From a virus, in IMG/VR virus record IMGVR_UViG_3300021170_000008, positions 42,135-106,134 of that record: a DNA stretch of 64,000 bases; one strand, 5' to 3'. Below the pieces are notes generated by a model that was not told the origin of the DNA, did no database searches, and saw only the letters and a list, made by a program, of their open reading frames with translations. Positions 38,351 to 47,659 of this stretch are shown here, in pieces; the stretch's first letter is position 1; the number at the start of each line of letters is the position of its first letter. The translations under genes and the position numbers were made by a program.

Positions 38351-38731
38351 TTACGCCGCTATGGCGTTTGTGGGTTGACCTTCCGTACCCTGCCGGGTCG
38401 GTTCCAGTCCTGCCCTTTGACTTGAGCCTTGCGATTGTTGCTTCTGTTTTGCAGCTTGGATTTCCTGCATGAACTGCGCCCCAACCTGAGCGATCTTTTT
38501 AACGTACTCGATCAGAACGGGGTTTTCCATCGCCAACACCTTGGCTACATCCGTCAACTTCTGAGAAATATCGTTCATCAGCGACTCAGCCAGATCCATG
38601 CCGGTCTTCTGCTGGGGCTGCATCGAGCCCGCCTGAGAAGCCTTATCCGCATATGCAGCCAGAGGTGAATCAGACTGCTGAGCCGTCACGTCCGGCGCTT
38701 GCGGTGGAATGCTGGTGTCGCCTGCGGCCAC
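38351..38731 (-). CDS. Hypothetical head-assembly protein
   Basis: ORF in operon. Confidence 0.55.
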   Translation of the reverse strand: MAAGDTSIPPQAPDVTAQQSDSPLAAYADKASQAGSMQPQQKTGMDLAESLMNDISQKLTDVAKVLAMENPVLIEYVKKIAQVGAQFMQEIQAAKQKQQSQGSSQRAGLEPTRQGTEGQPTNAIAA

Positions 38732-39013
38732 CTACTTACCGTCCCCCTGCTGTTTCTTTGCCCGCTCGCTCATCGGCGTCGGGTAGGAATCCCAGCCCTT
38801 GACCGGAGTACGCCCCATCGGAGCCTCACTCGCTACGGTCTGCCGGGTGCCTTCACTCACTTCGCTGCGGAAGTCTTCTACCGGTGTCCGTGACAGGTCA
38901 CATTTTGAACCGACCATCTGCATCTCCGGTTTGCCTGCGCGGTCGTCGAATTCGCCGCGAAGAGGACTCTTTTTGTCGAGCGGCATTTCCGATCCGTTAA
39001 ATTCTTTCATCAT
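38732..39013 (-). CDS. Hypothetical protein
   Basis: SD AGGAG. Confidence 0.55.
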   Translation of the reverse strand: MMKEFNGSEMPLDKKSPLRGEFDDRAGKPEMQMVGSKCDLSRTPVEDFRSEVSEGTRQTVASEAPMGRTPVKGWDSYPTPMSERAKKQQGDGK

Positions 39014-39091
39014 GATCTTTACTCCTGATTTACTGCTTTAAGCCAAGGGGCCATCTGGAATCCCTTCAGGCCCCTCGTGGAACGGGCCTAA

Positions 39092-39148
39092 CTACTTCCG
39101 TTTCCCCTTGCGGCCCTTCTTCCGACGATTTGCCATTTCACCTACCAT
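39092..39148 (-). CDS. Micropeptide MVGEMANRRKKGRKGKRK
   Basis: Strong SD AAAGGAGG; paralog of 39244-39294. Confidence 0.7.
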   Translation of the reverse strand: MVGEMANRRKKGRKGKRK

Positions 39149-39243
39149 GGTTGGGATTCCTCCTTTCTGGCTCCCGACCCGTTCTTTATACTCGTGGACC
39201 GGAGCCGCCGAGTTACTGCTTCGAAATCCCAATACGCTAACGC

Positions 39244-39294
39244 CTAGCGCTTGTGCTTGCGGCCACGCTTGCGGTTTGCCTGTTCTCCAGCCAT
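39244..39294 (-). CDS. Micropeptide MAGEQANRKRGRKHKR
   Basis: Strong SD AAAGGAG; paralog of 39092-39148. Confidence 0.7.
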   Translation of the reverse strand: MAGEQANRKRGRKHKR

Positions 39295-39380
39295 TGTTGG
39301 TATCTCCTTTCTTTTGAAACTATCGTTACGATTATCGGACGACTGTTGAAAGCAAAGGAGAATTATGTATTGATTAATAC

Positions 39381-41237
39381 TTATAGCTTGCCGGACTTCT
39401 CTTGCTTGCCGCGTGGAGATTTTCCGGACGGAGAAAGACCTGATTCTTTCTCCTGCATAAGTTGCTTTATAAGCTCGTCGGCGTTAGGAAGTTCAAGGAC
39501 CCGATACAGTTCCTTGAGTGGGAGAGCCCCACGGGCATATAGCTGCATTGCGAACATCTTCTCGCGGTCGCGAGATCCACCATGGATAGATCCAGATTTG
39601 ATCCGCATTCCGAAGTTCTTCCAGTGATCCCATTTAGGAAGCTGGTAATTTGGAACAAGCGATCCTGGGTCGTAATCGAAATCAGCAAGGGTCACACCAT
39701 CAGCGCCGTACTGCTTCATGCGTTGCTGGGTCGTGTAGAACTGGAAGACATTCGATAATGCCTGCGTCCCTACATCACGTATAAATACCTCTACGTAACG
39801 CTCTTCCAGGCGCAGTGAAGTGTTAAGTGAGTCGCGCATCTGATCCAGGGTTTCCCCGCTCGGGACCTGTTTCTTTTTCGAAAGCGCGTTAACATCTACA
39901 GCGTTTGACATCCGGTCAAATTCTGGGATCAGGTACTGCAAAAGCAACTGAAACACATAGGCCGGAATGTCTGGCGGGTCCATGTAGCGTAGATCCGTAG
40001 CTACATTCGCCATCGGACCCATGTATAACTTAGCCCCAGGCATGTCCGAGAAAAACTCTTTCCAGGACGCCGATGGGATCGCTCCAGTCTTTGTAATGGC
40101 CTGCGGGTTAAGCGCCCGCTTGACCATATCGAGGACACCAGCTACGATCTCGTTGATGGCGTTGTTGATTGGCAGTAAATCCCGATACTGACTTAGTCCC
40201 CAGAACGACCATGGGATCGGGTTTAATCTGAGCGCCGCAAACGGATACAGCCCGTGCCAAAAAGGAGACGGGCCGTCGTATAGCCGCCTACGTCCGCCGA
40301 AAATTATCAGGCGTTTTCTAGGATAGAGACGTTCCCCAGGCTGGACCCAGTACCACCAATTGTAAGCATCAAGTGGCCAATATGGGTGCCGCATCAGAAC
40401 CGGCCTGCGGGATTCGTTGATGCTCGGATCGTCTACATAAATCTCTTGAAGCTCAACTGACCTAAAAATAGAAGATACGGCCTCCGGTGGTGGGTTTGCC
40501 CCACCGAGGGCTCTTTGCATCGCCGGTGATAATCCATTCCAGACATACTCGTCTACGTTGTCGGGGCGGTTGTACTTAGCGTTCTGTCCACGGACATCAA
40601 ATACAGATGCTTCTTTGTCAATCCCCTCAGAGTCGAACGGGAAGCGTGTCCTGTAATACGATATGGCCTTCCAGGTCTTATATAGAACACCAGTCGATTC
40701 CTGGATACCAAACCCAGGCTGTACTGGCATAACAGAGTCAGGACCACAGGAAATAACACGCATTGATCCAGGGTAAGCAGCCCCAATCTTCCAGAATCCT
40801 GTACCCATGAGCTTGGTGATGTCGGCGACACGGACCAGATCGAGGTCCATGTCTTTGTCCATCCACTCGTGTTCGAAGATTCTCTTTACGATCTCAGATT
40901 GCTGCTGAAGATCCGGTCTGCGGCTGAATACGTCGATTACCGGCCTGGAGTCTGTCAACATCGACAGATTGTCGATCCTGGCTTTGTTGAGACGGTTGCT
41001 ACTAAAAGCCGATTTGTAGCGTGGACGGCGGCGATCCCAGTAATCTCCACTTATACTTTTTATGTAGGTGGGGATTTTCTTGAGTTCTTCGTTCAGGCGA
41101 GCCGTGTCTTGGGCTTCCTGCTTGAACTGCTCACGCCAGTATTGTAACTTTTTTTCGTACCCATCCGGAGATGAAGAACGGGCCTCAGGCGAAGAGTCGA
41201 ACCACATTGGACCATTAGGGAGCGTTTCCGACGGCAT
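39381..41237 (-). CDS. Portal protein
   Basis: 618 aa between terminase and scaffold; GTGFWK, SPFWHGLYPF, SFWGLS. Confidence 0.8.
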   Translation of the reverse strand: MPSETLPNGPMWFDSSPEARSSSPDGYEKKLQYWREQFKQEAQDTARLNEELKKIPTYIKSISGDYWDRRRPRYKSAFSSNRLNKARIDNLSMLTDSRPVIDVFSRRPDLQQQSEIVKRIFEHEWMDKDMDLDLVRVADITKLMGTGFWKIGAAYPGSMRVISCGPDSVMPVQPGFGIQESTGVLYKTWKAISYYRTRFPFDSEGIDKEASVFDVRGQNAKYNRPDNVDEYVWNGLSPAMQRALGGANPPPEAVSSIFRSVELQEIYVDDPSINESRRPVLMRHPYWPLDAYNWWYWVQPGERLYPRKRLIIFGGRRRLYDGPSPFWHGLYPFAALRLNPIPWSFWGLSQYRDLLPINNAINEIVAGVLDMVKRALNPQAITKTGAIPSASWKEFFSDMPGAKLYMGPMANVATDLRYMDPPDIPAYVFQLLLQYLIPEFDRMSNAVDVNALSKKKQVPSGETLDQMRDSLNTSLRLEERYVEVFIRDVGTQALSNVFQFYTTQQRMKQYGADGVTLADFDYDPGSLVPNYQLPKWDHWKNFGMRIKSGSIHGGSRDREKMFAMQLYARGALPLKELYRVLELPNADELIKQLMQEKESGLSPSGKSPRGKQEKSGKL

Positions 41238-41260
41238 CTGATTCTATTACGTTTATCGGA

Positions 41261-41458
41261 TTACTTCAGGATGTTGCTGTGCCGACTAAGGATATGTTCG
41301 CAGACTTCATTTGGTCCGCCACGGTACAATTCGAATGATCGCTGACAGTCTGGGCAAAATATGACTATGTAGTCAGGAGACTCGCTACCGCGCATGGCCT
41401 CGCTGTATGACGCTTCTAATTCCTTAAGGTCGCTCATTATTCGTCCGTCTCTAGCCAC
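41261..41458 (-). CDS. Small zinc-binding protein
   Basis: CPDC..CEH. Confidence 0.5.
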   Translation of the reverse strand: MARDGRIMSDLKELEASYSEAMRGSESPDYIVIFCPDCQRSFELYRGGPNEVCEHILSRHSNILK

Positions 41459-41901
41459 GGCAAGCCGTCTTTAGGCTTGACCGGACCCCAGGCTTCTGCG
41501 CCGACGCCTACGGTGTCTAAGCGCCTTCCGTCTGCCGAGATGATAGAGTTGGGATTCATCTCGTCTGGCATGATCAGTCCCTCTTCGCGACAGTAACTTT
41601 TTTGCTCGCTGTGGGTACGGATTAAACACTTCTCGGGGCCACCATCCGCGAGCCTGCTAGACTTATTCCTCCAGACGAAGTGGCCGTCACCGAATTTTTG
41701 GTGCCGTTCCATGCCCGGAACTTCAAACTTGTCGAGAGTCCCGGTCCAGAGAGCATTGAAAGTAGAGATCTGTCGTATCATCTGCTGGCCGCACTTGGGG
41801 CAGTTTGGATCTGGCTTTGATATCGTCCTGGCGAACCACTCGTAGCGGATGCCTGAGATCTCGCAGGCTGGCGTTTCGCAAACTAGCTCCCTTATCGGCA
41901 T
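41437..41901 (-). CDS. FmdB-like zinc-ribbon protein
   Basis: MPIRELVC...CPKCG..M.RQIS. Confidence 0.65.
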   Translation of the reverse strand: MPIRELVCETPACEISGIRYEWFARTISKPDPNCPKCGQQMIRQISTFNALWTGTLDKFEVPGMERHQKFGDGHFVWRNKSSRLADGGPEKCLIRTHSEQKSYCREEGLIMPDEMNPNSIISADGRRLDTVGVGAEAWGPVKPKDGLPWLETDE

Positions 41902-42344
41902 TAGTAGAACTGCGCCCTCGGACCCTTTATTCTGCCTTCTAGTTCAACGAACTCGATCAGGCGCAACAGAGCCCAATCCTTAGCGGCTTCTCGCTTGTCG
42001 TTGGAGGAATCGATGTTTATTTCGTACCCGCTCTGGGTGAGGCCGATATTAAAGCAGTCTCCACGGTTATACCAATCCCCGCACCCAGTAGTACACCAGT
42101 AGGCATTATTGCGATGACTGAAGTCGTGCTCTCCGCCAATGGGATCGATTCGAGCCGCTAGCCATTGCCCAACTTCAAATAGTCCGTCGCTTCTGGTTTT
42201 GAACCCAGTCCATCGGAACTTCCAGCCAGAATGCTCGAAAACATCCCTTGTCTCCACCCTGGACGGAGATGCGCTAGCAGTAGACACTACGGCAGTCGCC
42301 GCGCCTGCGCCGCCAAGCAACCCGAAGAATTGCTTCCTGGTCAT
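41901..42344 (-). CDS. Protein with Tat-like signal peptide
   Basis: MTRKQFFGLLGGAGAATA..ASA. Confidence 0.6.
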   Translation of the reverse strand: MTRKQFFGLLGGAGAATAVVSTASASPSRVETRDVFEHSGWKFRWTGFKTRSDGLFEVGQWLAARIDPIGGEHDFSHRNNAYWCTTGCGDWYNRGDCFNIGLTQSGYEINIDSSNDKREAAKDWALLRLIEFVELEGRIKGPRAQFY

Positions 42345-42901
42345 GCAGCCACTCCTGCCGTATCTTGCTGCTTAATCAGGGATAGTATATCTGCCCCGCT
42401 GAACTTCTTTTTGCCGAGCAGCTTTTCGAGCTTCCGTCCGTCTTTCTCGGTTAGATATACGACCGGCTCGTAGGTCTGGTTGTTTACGTAGAACGCCAAA
42501 CTGTCCCGAATCATGCGCATCGCCATGTCTGTCATGACTTCTTCTGGCGTCATCCCGATGACCTGGGCGTGCTCGGCAATCGCTGGCCAGAGCGCTGGTT
42601 CTACGTTGACCTTGATCGTGTACTGACCTTCTTCGCGACCTGCGGATTTCTGGATGACTTCGAGAAGATCCGTGTCGTTGGCTACGGGTGACCCGACGGC
42701 TTCCTCGATCTTTTTAAGATTCTCCGGCTTGACCATGATTCCACCGTTGGCAAACTGATCCAGGAACTGAGCGCACATAATGCTAAGTGCTAATGCCAAA
42801 TTCCCGCCATCGGTTTTCTTAACAGCGGCGATCTTCTCGTATGCGTCTTTTGAAATCGTTAGCTCGACCGGTAGGGTCAACTTATTATCTTTGCCTGCCA
42901 T
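42341..42901 (-). CDS. Hypothetical protein (possible ribbon-helix-helix repeats)
   Basis: ORF with SD GAGG. Confidence 0.6.
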   Translation of the reverse strand: MAGKDNKLTLPVELTISKDAYEKIAAVKKTDGGNLALALSIMCAQFLDQFANGGIMVKPENLKKIEEAVGSPVANDTDLLEVIQKSAGREEGQYTIKVNVEPALWPAIAEHAQVIGMTPEEVMTDMAMRMIRDSLAFYVNNQTYEPVVYLTEKDGRKLEKLLGKKKFSGADILSLIKQQDTAGVAA

Positions 42902-42980
42902 GGGTTCCTCTAGTTAAGGAATTGTAGAGCAAAATTTCAATTAAATCAAGAGCTTGAAAGTATTTATAGATACTTCACGC

Positions 42981-43009
42981 TTGACGCAAAGTATTCCAGG
43001 TGATAGAAT
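42981..43009 (+). promoter_or_regulatory. sigma70 promoter TTGACG-N17-TAGAAT
   Basis: Directly upstream of the methylase. Confidence 0.7.
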
Positions 43010-43015
43010 GTACAT

Positions 43016-43789
43016 CTGCCCAACACATTTACAATCCACTGCGGCGATTGCCTGGACGTGATGCGAACGCTGCCATCAAAAAGTATTGATATTGTTTTTA
43101 CGAGTCCTCCATACAACCTGCAAACCCACATAACAAAAGGTAAGAACTACTGGTTAACTGTTGGCAAGATGAAAAAATCTAGGCTAGGCAAGGGGTATGC
43201 CGCCAGCAAAGATGACATGCCGTATGACGAGTATGTGCGCTGGCAGAAATCTGTACTGCTTGAATGCTGGAGATTATTAACCGATACCGGGGCTATATTC
43301 TACAATCACAAGCCGCGTATCCAGGATGGGCTTCTGTACACTCCGTTAGACCTTAATCCTGGATTGCCTGTACGGCAGATCCTGATCTGGAAACGCGCCG
43401 GTGGCATAAACTGCTCACCTACGTTCTTCATGTCAACACATGAGTGGATTGTGATATTCGCCAAGCCAGCGTTCCAGATACGCGACCGCTCGGCGTCTGG
43501 GATCGGGGATGTCTGGGAGATCCACCAGGGCAATCAGTCAAACCAGCCAAAGCACCCGGCTCCATTCCCTATGGAATTGCCGCTGCGGGCACTGACGGCG
43601 TTACGCAAGGAAGAGCGGGTAATCTTGGACCCGTTCATGGGCTCCGGAACTACCGGCGCAGCCTGCATGAAGACCAAGCGCGACTTCATCGGTATAGACA
43701 TCTCAAAAGAATACTGCGATATGGCCAGAAATAGAATATCCTTGGCGCAGCGTGGAGATTTCTATTCCTGGATGGAGTACGGAAACTAA
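43016..43789 (+). CDS. Beta-class N4-C/N6-A DNA methyltransferase (probable CTG start)
   Basis: IHCGDCL upstream of GTG 43058, TSPPY, HPAPFP, LDPFMGSGTT. Confidence 0.9.
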   Translation: MPNTFTIHCGDCLDVMRTLPSKSIDIVFTSPPYNLQTHITKGKNYWLTVGKMKKSRLGKGYAASKDDMPYDEYVRWQKSVLLECWRLLTDTGAIFYNHKPRIQDGLLYTPLDLNPGLPVRQILIWKRAGGINCSPTFFMSTHEWIVIFAKPAFQIRDRSASGIGDVWEIHQGNQSNQPKHPAPFPMELPLRALTALRKEERVILDPFMGSGTTGAACMKTKRDFIGIDISKEYCDMARNRISLAQRGDFYSWMEYGN

Positions 43790-46098
43790 AGCTCCCAATA
43801 CTCTGGCGTCTTGCCCATAGAGCGACCTGATTCCGATCCAAATACTTCGTCGTAGATCTTCTCTGGGTCCATCCCTGGATCAGTTATCATACGGTTGCGC
43901 TCCATGGAAATCTTGATCGACTTACATTTTTCGCATCTCACAAACCCGTGGTCGTGATCCTGCGGCGGGGTATTTGAGAACCAAGTATTGTTACACGACT
44001 TGCAGGTATATTTAAGCTCTGCGCTTTCGTCGTTATTGTCCTTGAATATAGGGATGTATCCACGAGAGTCGTCGTAGTGGCCTTCGTAGGCGCACCACAG
44101 GGCCATCATAGTTGCGAAAAGCTCGTCGTCGTGCGTATCCGAGTCGGCTCCGGCTACGCGGTCGTCGTAGTCGTCCTTGACGAAGTTTTTCATTTCTTCG
44201 GCGGTGATCGAAGACCGCACGAAGAACATCTTGTATTCCAGAAATCTACGGAAGTTCTGATGGAGCCGTGGGCGTGATTGTTGGTTCGTGAACCAGCCGA
44301 TTTTATTGGACATCACATTAATAGAATCCATGTGTTTCCAACGATAAAGATTCGGGTATTGACAGATAGTCCGTAACCATGTAGCGGCGGTGTCGTAGCG
44401 GTTTACTTCGACCGATACCTCACACTCGTTATAGAGCCTTCCGAGCACGTTGATCTGTTCTGCAAAATCCTGTGGGCTGGTTCGGTTAGATCTCCAGACG
44501 GCTACCTGATGTGTCGGACCAATTTGACTAGATACGCTCATCTTGATAACAGAAGCCACGCTGTAGTCGCAATTTCCGCCCAGGCCCTCCGATACGTCGG
44601 CACCGATATAGTACCGGTCTTCCTGGGTTGGATATTCCCATATCCGCAGAGGACAGAAATCGTACAGGTGATTCTCTTTGCAGTCTTCTATAATGCAACG
44701 CGCCGAAGCTGGGTCGATCTGGCCGCTCTCCGTGACTCTCGTGTACTTTGGGTCTACAGCATGGATTCTACCGGCTCGATCCAGAAATCCAGTCAGTAGG
44801 GGGTGCCGGACGTTGACGTTGGCGAAGTCCTGGGCGGTCTTACCGAAAACCTGATACCCCGATACCTGGAACGCGTCTTCGGCAGTCCCTGCTTGTTCTT
44901 GAGCAAGTAGTTTTTGGGATTTTTCATCGCCCCTGGTATTAGCTATAAGATACTGCATCCAGGCAAGTTGGTCGTCTACTAGTTTTAACGGATACGTCGA
45001 TCCAACTTTGCAAATCCTGCACTTCTCTTCTGATTGGTCCAGGTTTTTGATCCAGCGATTGAAGAACCTAAAGCAGTTATCGCAACGCACCCAATCATGC
45101 TCTGCGCGGGAACGCATATCAAACAATTCTTTGTCGAATATCTGCCCCGGTGTCGGCTTTCTAAAGTGCCTGCGGTCCACAAACCACGGCAGGAATAGCG
45201 GGCTCCAGTCCGATTCATCCCCTAGCGCCTCGCAGCGCTTCCAGAACTCGTGAGAGAAAGTATTGGCACCCTTAGCGGTGGATTCAAGGAAGGCGAAGAC
45301 TTCCGTTCCGCCTTCAAGAGCATACTTCAAATCTTCTTCGATGATCTGGCGGGCTCTCCAGGGGTCGTAAGAGGACCACTCGCTAAGATGGGCCGCAGAG
45401 ATACGATATCCCTGCCCGACGCCACTGATAGCGTTAGCGCTCTTCACCATCACCCGGCTCATATTGCCTGGGTCTACGCGCCGCATGGTGTCGTCAGGAT
45501 TGTCAAATATCAGACCGGCTTCGAACGTACGGCTGGAGTAGCGCGGTTTGATCCACCATGGCAACTTGTCATAGATGTTCGCCATGATGCCGAACAGGTC
45601 CTTGGTGTGATCCCGGTCGTAGGAAACGACCACGGCGTTGACGCCAGTATGGAAGATGCTCTTCCAGGCTATCAGGGCTTCGATTAAAGTCGAGCAGCCC
45701 AATCTGCGTGACTTGATTATGACTATCTTCTGGGGCTTACCTTGAGCCTTCAAGTCTAACATTCTTTGATAGATAAGCTCTTGAGAGTCCCACAATCCAA
45801 AGAGTGCTTCCTGACCCCGGTCGTCGATGATCCAGAAGTAGTTTCTGGCGGCGTAGACGAAGTCCTTGCGGCACTTATTGATCTCGCCTTCGACGGCCCT
45901 AAGTTCGTCTTTGGTGAGAGCGTCCCAGTTGTCGCGCTCTTTCTGGTCCATGTGCTTGATCAAGTCAAGCACAGCAGAATCCTGCACCCAACGGGATTTA
46001 GGTGGTTCAGCCTGGAATTGTCTATATTGTGGAATCTCTGGAGGTGGAATCTCAACAACAGACTGATTTGGTACTATAACCATCGAAGTATTGGCCAA
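43786..46098 (-). CDS. terL: Terminase large subunit
   Basis: IIKSRRLGCST, AHLSE, LESTAKG, IGADVSEG..DYS, HDDELFA. Confidence 0.9.
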   Translation of the reverse strand: MANTSMVIVPNQSVVEIPPPEIPQYRQFQAEPPKSRWVQDSAVLDLIKHMDQKERDNWDALTKDELRAVEGEINKCRKDFVYAARNYFWIIDDRGQEALFGLWDSQELIYQRMLDLKAQGKPQKIVIIKSRRLGCSTLIEALIAWKSIFHTGVNAVVVSYDRDHTKDLFGIMANIYDKLPWWIKPRYSSRTFEAGLIFDNPDDTMRRVDPGNMSRVMVKSANAISGVGQGYRISAAHLSEWSSYDPWRARQIIEEDLKYALEGGTEVFAFLESTAKGANTFSHEFWKRCEALGDESDWSPLFLPWFVDRRHFRKPTPGQIFDKELFDMRSRAEHDWVRCDNCFRFFNRWIKNLDQSEEKCRICKVGSTYPLKLVDDQLAWMQYLIANTRGDEKSQKLLAQEQAGTAEDAFQVSGYQVFGKTAQDFANVNVRHPLLTGFLDRAGRIHAVDPKYTRVTESGQIDPASARCIIEDCKENHLYDFCPLRIWEYPTQEDRYYIGADVSEGLGGNCDYSVASVIKMSVSSQIGPTHQVAVWRSNRTSPQDFAEQINVLGRLYNECEVSVEVNRYDTAATWLRTICQYPNLYRWKHMDSINVMSNKIGWFTNQQSRPRLHQNFRRFLEYKMFFVRSSITAEEMKNFVKDDYDDRVAGADSDTHDDELFATMMALWCAYEGHYDDSRGYIPIFKDNNDESAELKYTCKSCNNTWFSNTPPQDHDHGFVRCEKCKSIKISMERNRMITDPGMDPEKIYDEVFGSESGRSMGKTPEYWEL

Positions 46099-46101
46099 TA
46101 C

Positions 46102-46494
46102 TTACTGCGGAGTAACGTCAACCATGGCGTTACGTGGGGAATCCGTACTTTCAAGCCTCCGCAAAATTCCTTCGAAGCTCTGCGTTGATTGAGATGGGCC
46201 TTCTTCGGAAGGAGCTACCGCTACGTTCTGATTTCGGTTGTAAATCTGAGTAACTACACTGACTCCGTTTTGCGGCTTCAGTACGTTAGCCACCTGCAAG
46301 CCCATCTCCAGGGCCTTCATGTTTCCATCACGGATCTTCTCAATCAGCATTGGATACGCCGCGTTTACGAGATCTGCGATATTCTCGCAATACTTTTTCT
46401 GCTGGAATTTTTCGATGTTGGAGAGGGTTACTTTGGACTTATTGCGGCGTGGCTTAACCGCTGCGTCCTGTTTAGAAATAGCTACTTCGGCCAT
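46102..46494 (-). CDS. Putative terminase small subunit
   Basis: Size and position upstream of TerL. Confidence 0.5.
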   Translation of the reverse strand: MAEVAISKQDAAVKPRRNKSKVTLSNIEKFQQKKYCENIADLVNAAYPMLIEKIRDGNMKALEMGLQVANVLKPQNGVSVVTQIYNRNQNVAVAPSEEGPSQSTQSFEGILRRLESTDSPRNAMVDVTPQ

Positions 46495-46522
46495 TTCTAT
46501 TATTGTCGGACGGTGGGAGTAG

Positions 46523-46595
46523 TGCCGGTGGAGGGACTTGCACCCACACTTGGACGGCTTTTAAGGCCGTTTTCTCTGCGTTGGAATACACCGGC
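46523..46595 (-). tRNA. tRNA-Leu(TAA), short variable loop, no CCA
   Basis: ACGGC-CTTAAAA-GCCGT; T-loop TGCAAGT. Confidence 0.8.
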
Positions 46596-46601
46596 GAGAT
46601 G

Positions 46602-46693
46602 TGGTGGGCGACGAGGGAGTTGAACCCCCAGCGGGTCCGAAGGACCTCCAGTTCTACAGACTGGCGCGGGCTACCGATACCCGCAAGACGCCC
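46602..46693 (-). tRNA. tRNA-Tyr(GTA)
   Basis: CCAGT-CTGTAGA-ACTGG; long V arm; CCA. Confidence 0.85.
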
Positions 46694-46694
46694 A

Positions 46695-46781
46695 TGGCGG
46701 AAGCGGCGTGACTCGAACACGCATGACCTATTCGGTCCCGATATTAGCAGTATCGTGGGATACCATTTACCCGACGCTTCC
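46695..46781 (-). tRNA. tRNA-Ser(GCT)
   Basis: CGATA-CTGCTAA-TATCG; long V arm; G73, CCA. Confidence 0.88.
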
Positions 46782-47249
46782 GTTTGAAATGGCAGGGCTG
46801 GCAAGGGTCGAACTCGCAATCGCTGTTTTGGAAGCAGCTACCGTCACCGTCCGGTCAGCCCTATAAATTCTACGCTTTCTGTTTGCCTCCGCACGGAAAA
46901 CCATACAGATATCACACTTGCATTTCCGCTTGAATGCAAAGGACCAGCCACCATGTGTTGCCTTCTGATTATCCCCATTTTCTCTTGTCTTTTCCAGATG
47001 GCACGGCTTGCATAATAACTGGCACTTCAAAAGCTCAGCCTCAAATAAATCCTTTCTCTTCTGCCACATCCTTCCGATGTCGCCAACCTTAGTGGCCGGA
47101 TCGATATGGTCAAAATCAAGATTCTTGGTAGCCCCACATCGGACGCATTTGCCTCCTAATTTAGCTAGCGCGTACTGCCTGCGGCGCTCCCTCCACTTCG
47201 GTAGATAATCCCGAAGATATTCCTGCATTTTCTTGCGAGTGTAGGCCAT
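46767..47249 (-). CDS. HNH endonuclease reading through tRNA-Trp
   Basis: LGGKCVRCG..LDFDHIDP..KCQLLCKPCH; own leaderless promoter. Confidence 0.88.
   Translation of the reverse strand: MAYTRKKMQEYLRDYLPKWRERRRQYALAKLGGKCVRCGATKNLDFDHIDPATKVGDIGRMWQKRKDLFEAELLKCQLLCKPCHLEKTRENGDNQKATHGGWSFAFKRKCKCDICMVFRAEANRKRRIYRADRTVTVAASKTAIASSTLASPAISNGSVG
46790..46862 (-). tRNA. tRNA-Trp(CCA)
   Basis: Loop TTCCAAA; G73, CCA. Confidence 0.8.
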
Positions 47250-47291
47250 GCGGAAGTTTATCACGCAGGCACTCACCGCGCAAATTAAAAG

Positions 47292-47385
47292 TGGAGGAGG
47301 ACCAGGGTCTCCAACCCTGACACCCGTTTAGGGTCTGCTGGGTTCGGGCCAGTGGCCGTTAGGGCGAATCTCGGCTTAGTCCTCC
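47292..47385 (-). tRNA. Atypical tRNA-Ser(CGA)
   Basis: Loop CCCGAAC (C33), long V arm, T-loop TTGGAGA, CCA. Confidence 0.6.
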
Positions 47386-47386
47386 A

Positions 47387-47464
47387 TGGTACCCGCCCTC
47401 GGATTCGAACCGAGACTGTTCAGTTTCTAAAACTGAGGACTCCTGCCAGTTGGTCTAGGCGGGC
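47387..47464 (-). tRNA. tRNA-Leu(TAG), short variable loop
   Basis: TCAGT-TTTAGAA-ACTGA; CCA. Confidence 0.85.
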
Positions 47465-47483
47465 AAAATGAATGTCAAAGATC

Positions 47484-47557
47484 TGGAGAGCTAGCGCAGA
47501 GTCGAACTGCGTACGTCTCTTTTGCAGAGAGATCCCTGGCCGGTCGGGGTCTAGCTC
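47484..47557 (-). tRNA. tRNA-Cys(GCA)
   Basis: TCTCT-CTGCAAA-AGAGA; U73, CCA. Confidence 0.8.
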
Positions 47558-47575
47558 AAACTGAGTTTTTGGGAT

Positions 47576-47653
47576 TTAATAACTTGAGAGTTGCAGTCGG
47601 GATGACCACAAACAGGAACGCGACAGGAGGGATAAAATGTGTGCGCGGTTCAT
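47576..47653 (-). CDS. Putative leaderless leader peptide MNRAHILSLLSRSCLWSSRLQLSSY
   Basis: ATG 6 nt after the -10; Leu/Ser/Cys/Trp/Tyr-rich; precedes tRNAs for those residues. Confidence 0.55.
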   Translation of the reverse strand: MNRAHILSLLSRSCLWSSRLQLSSY

Positions 47654-47659
47654 GTTTAG

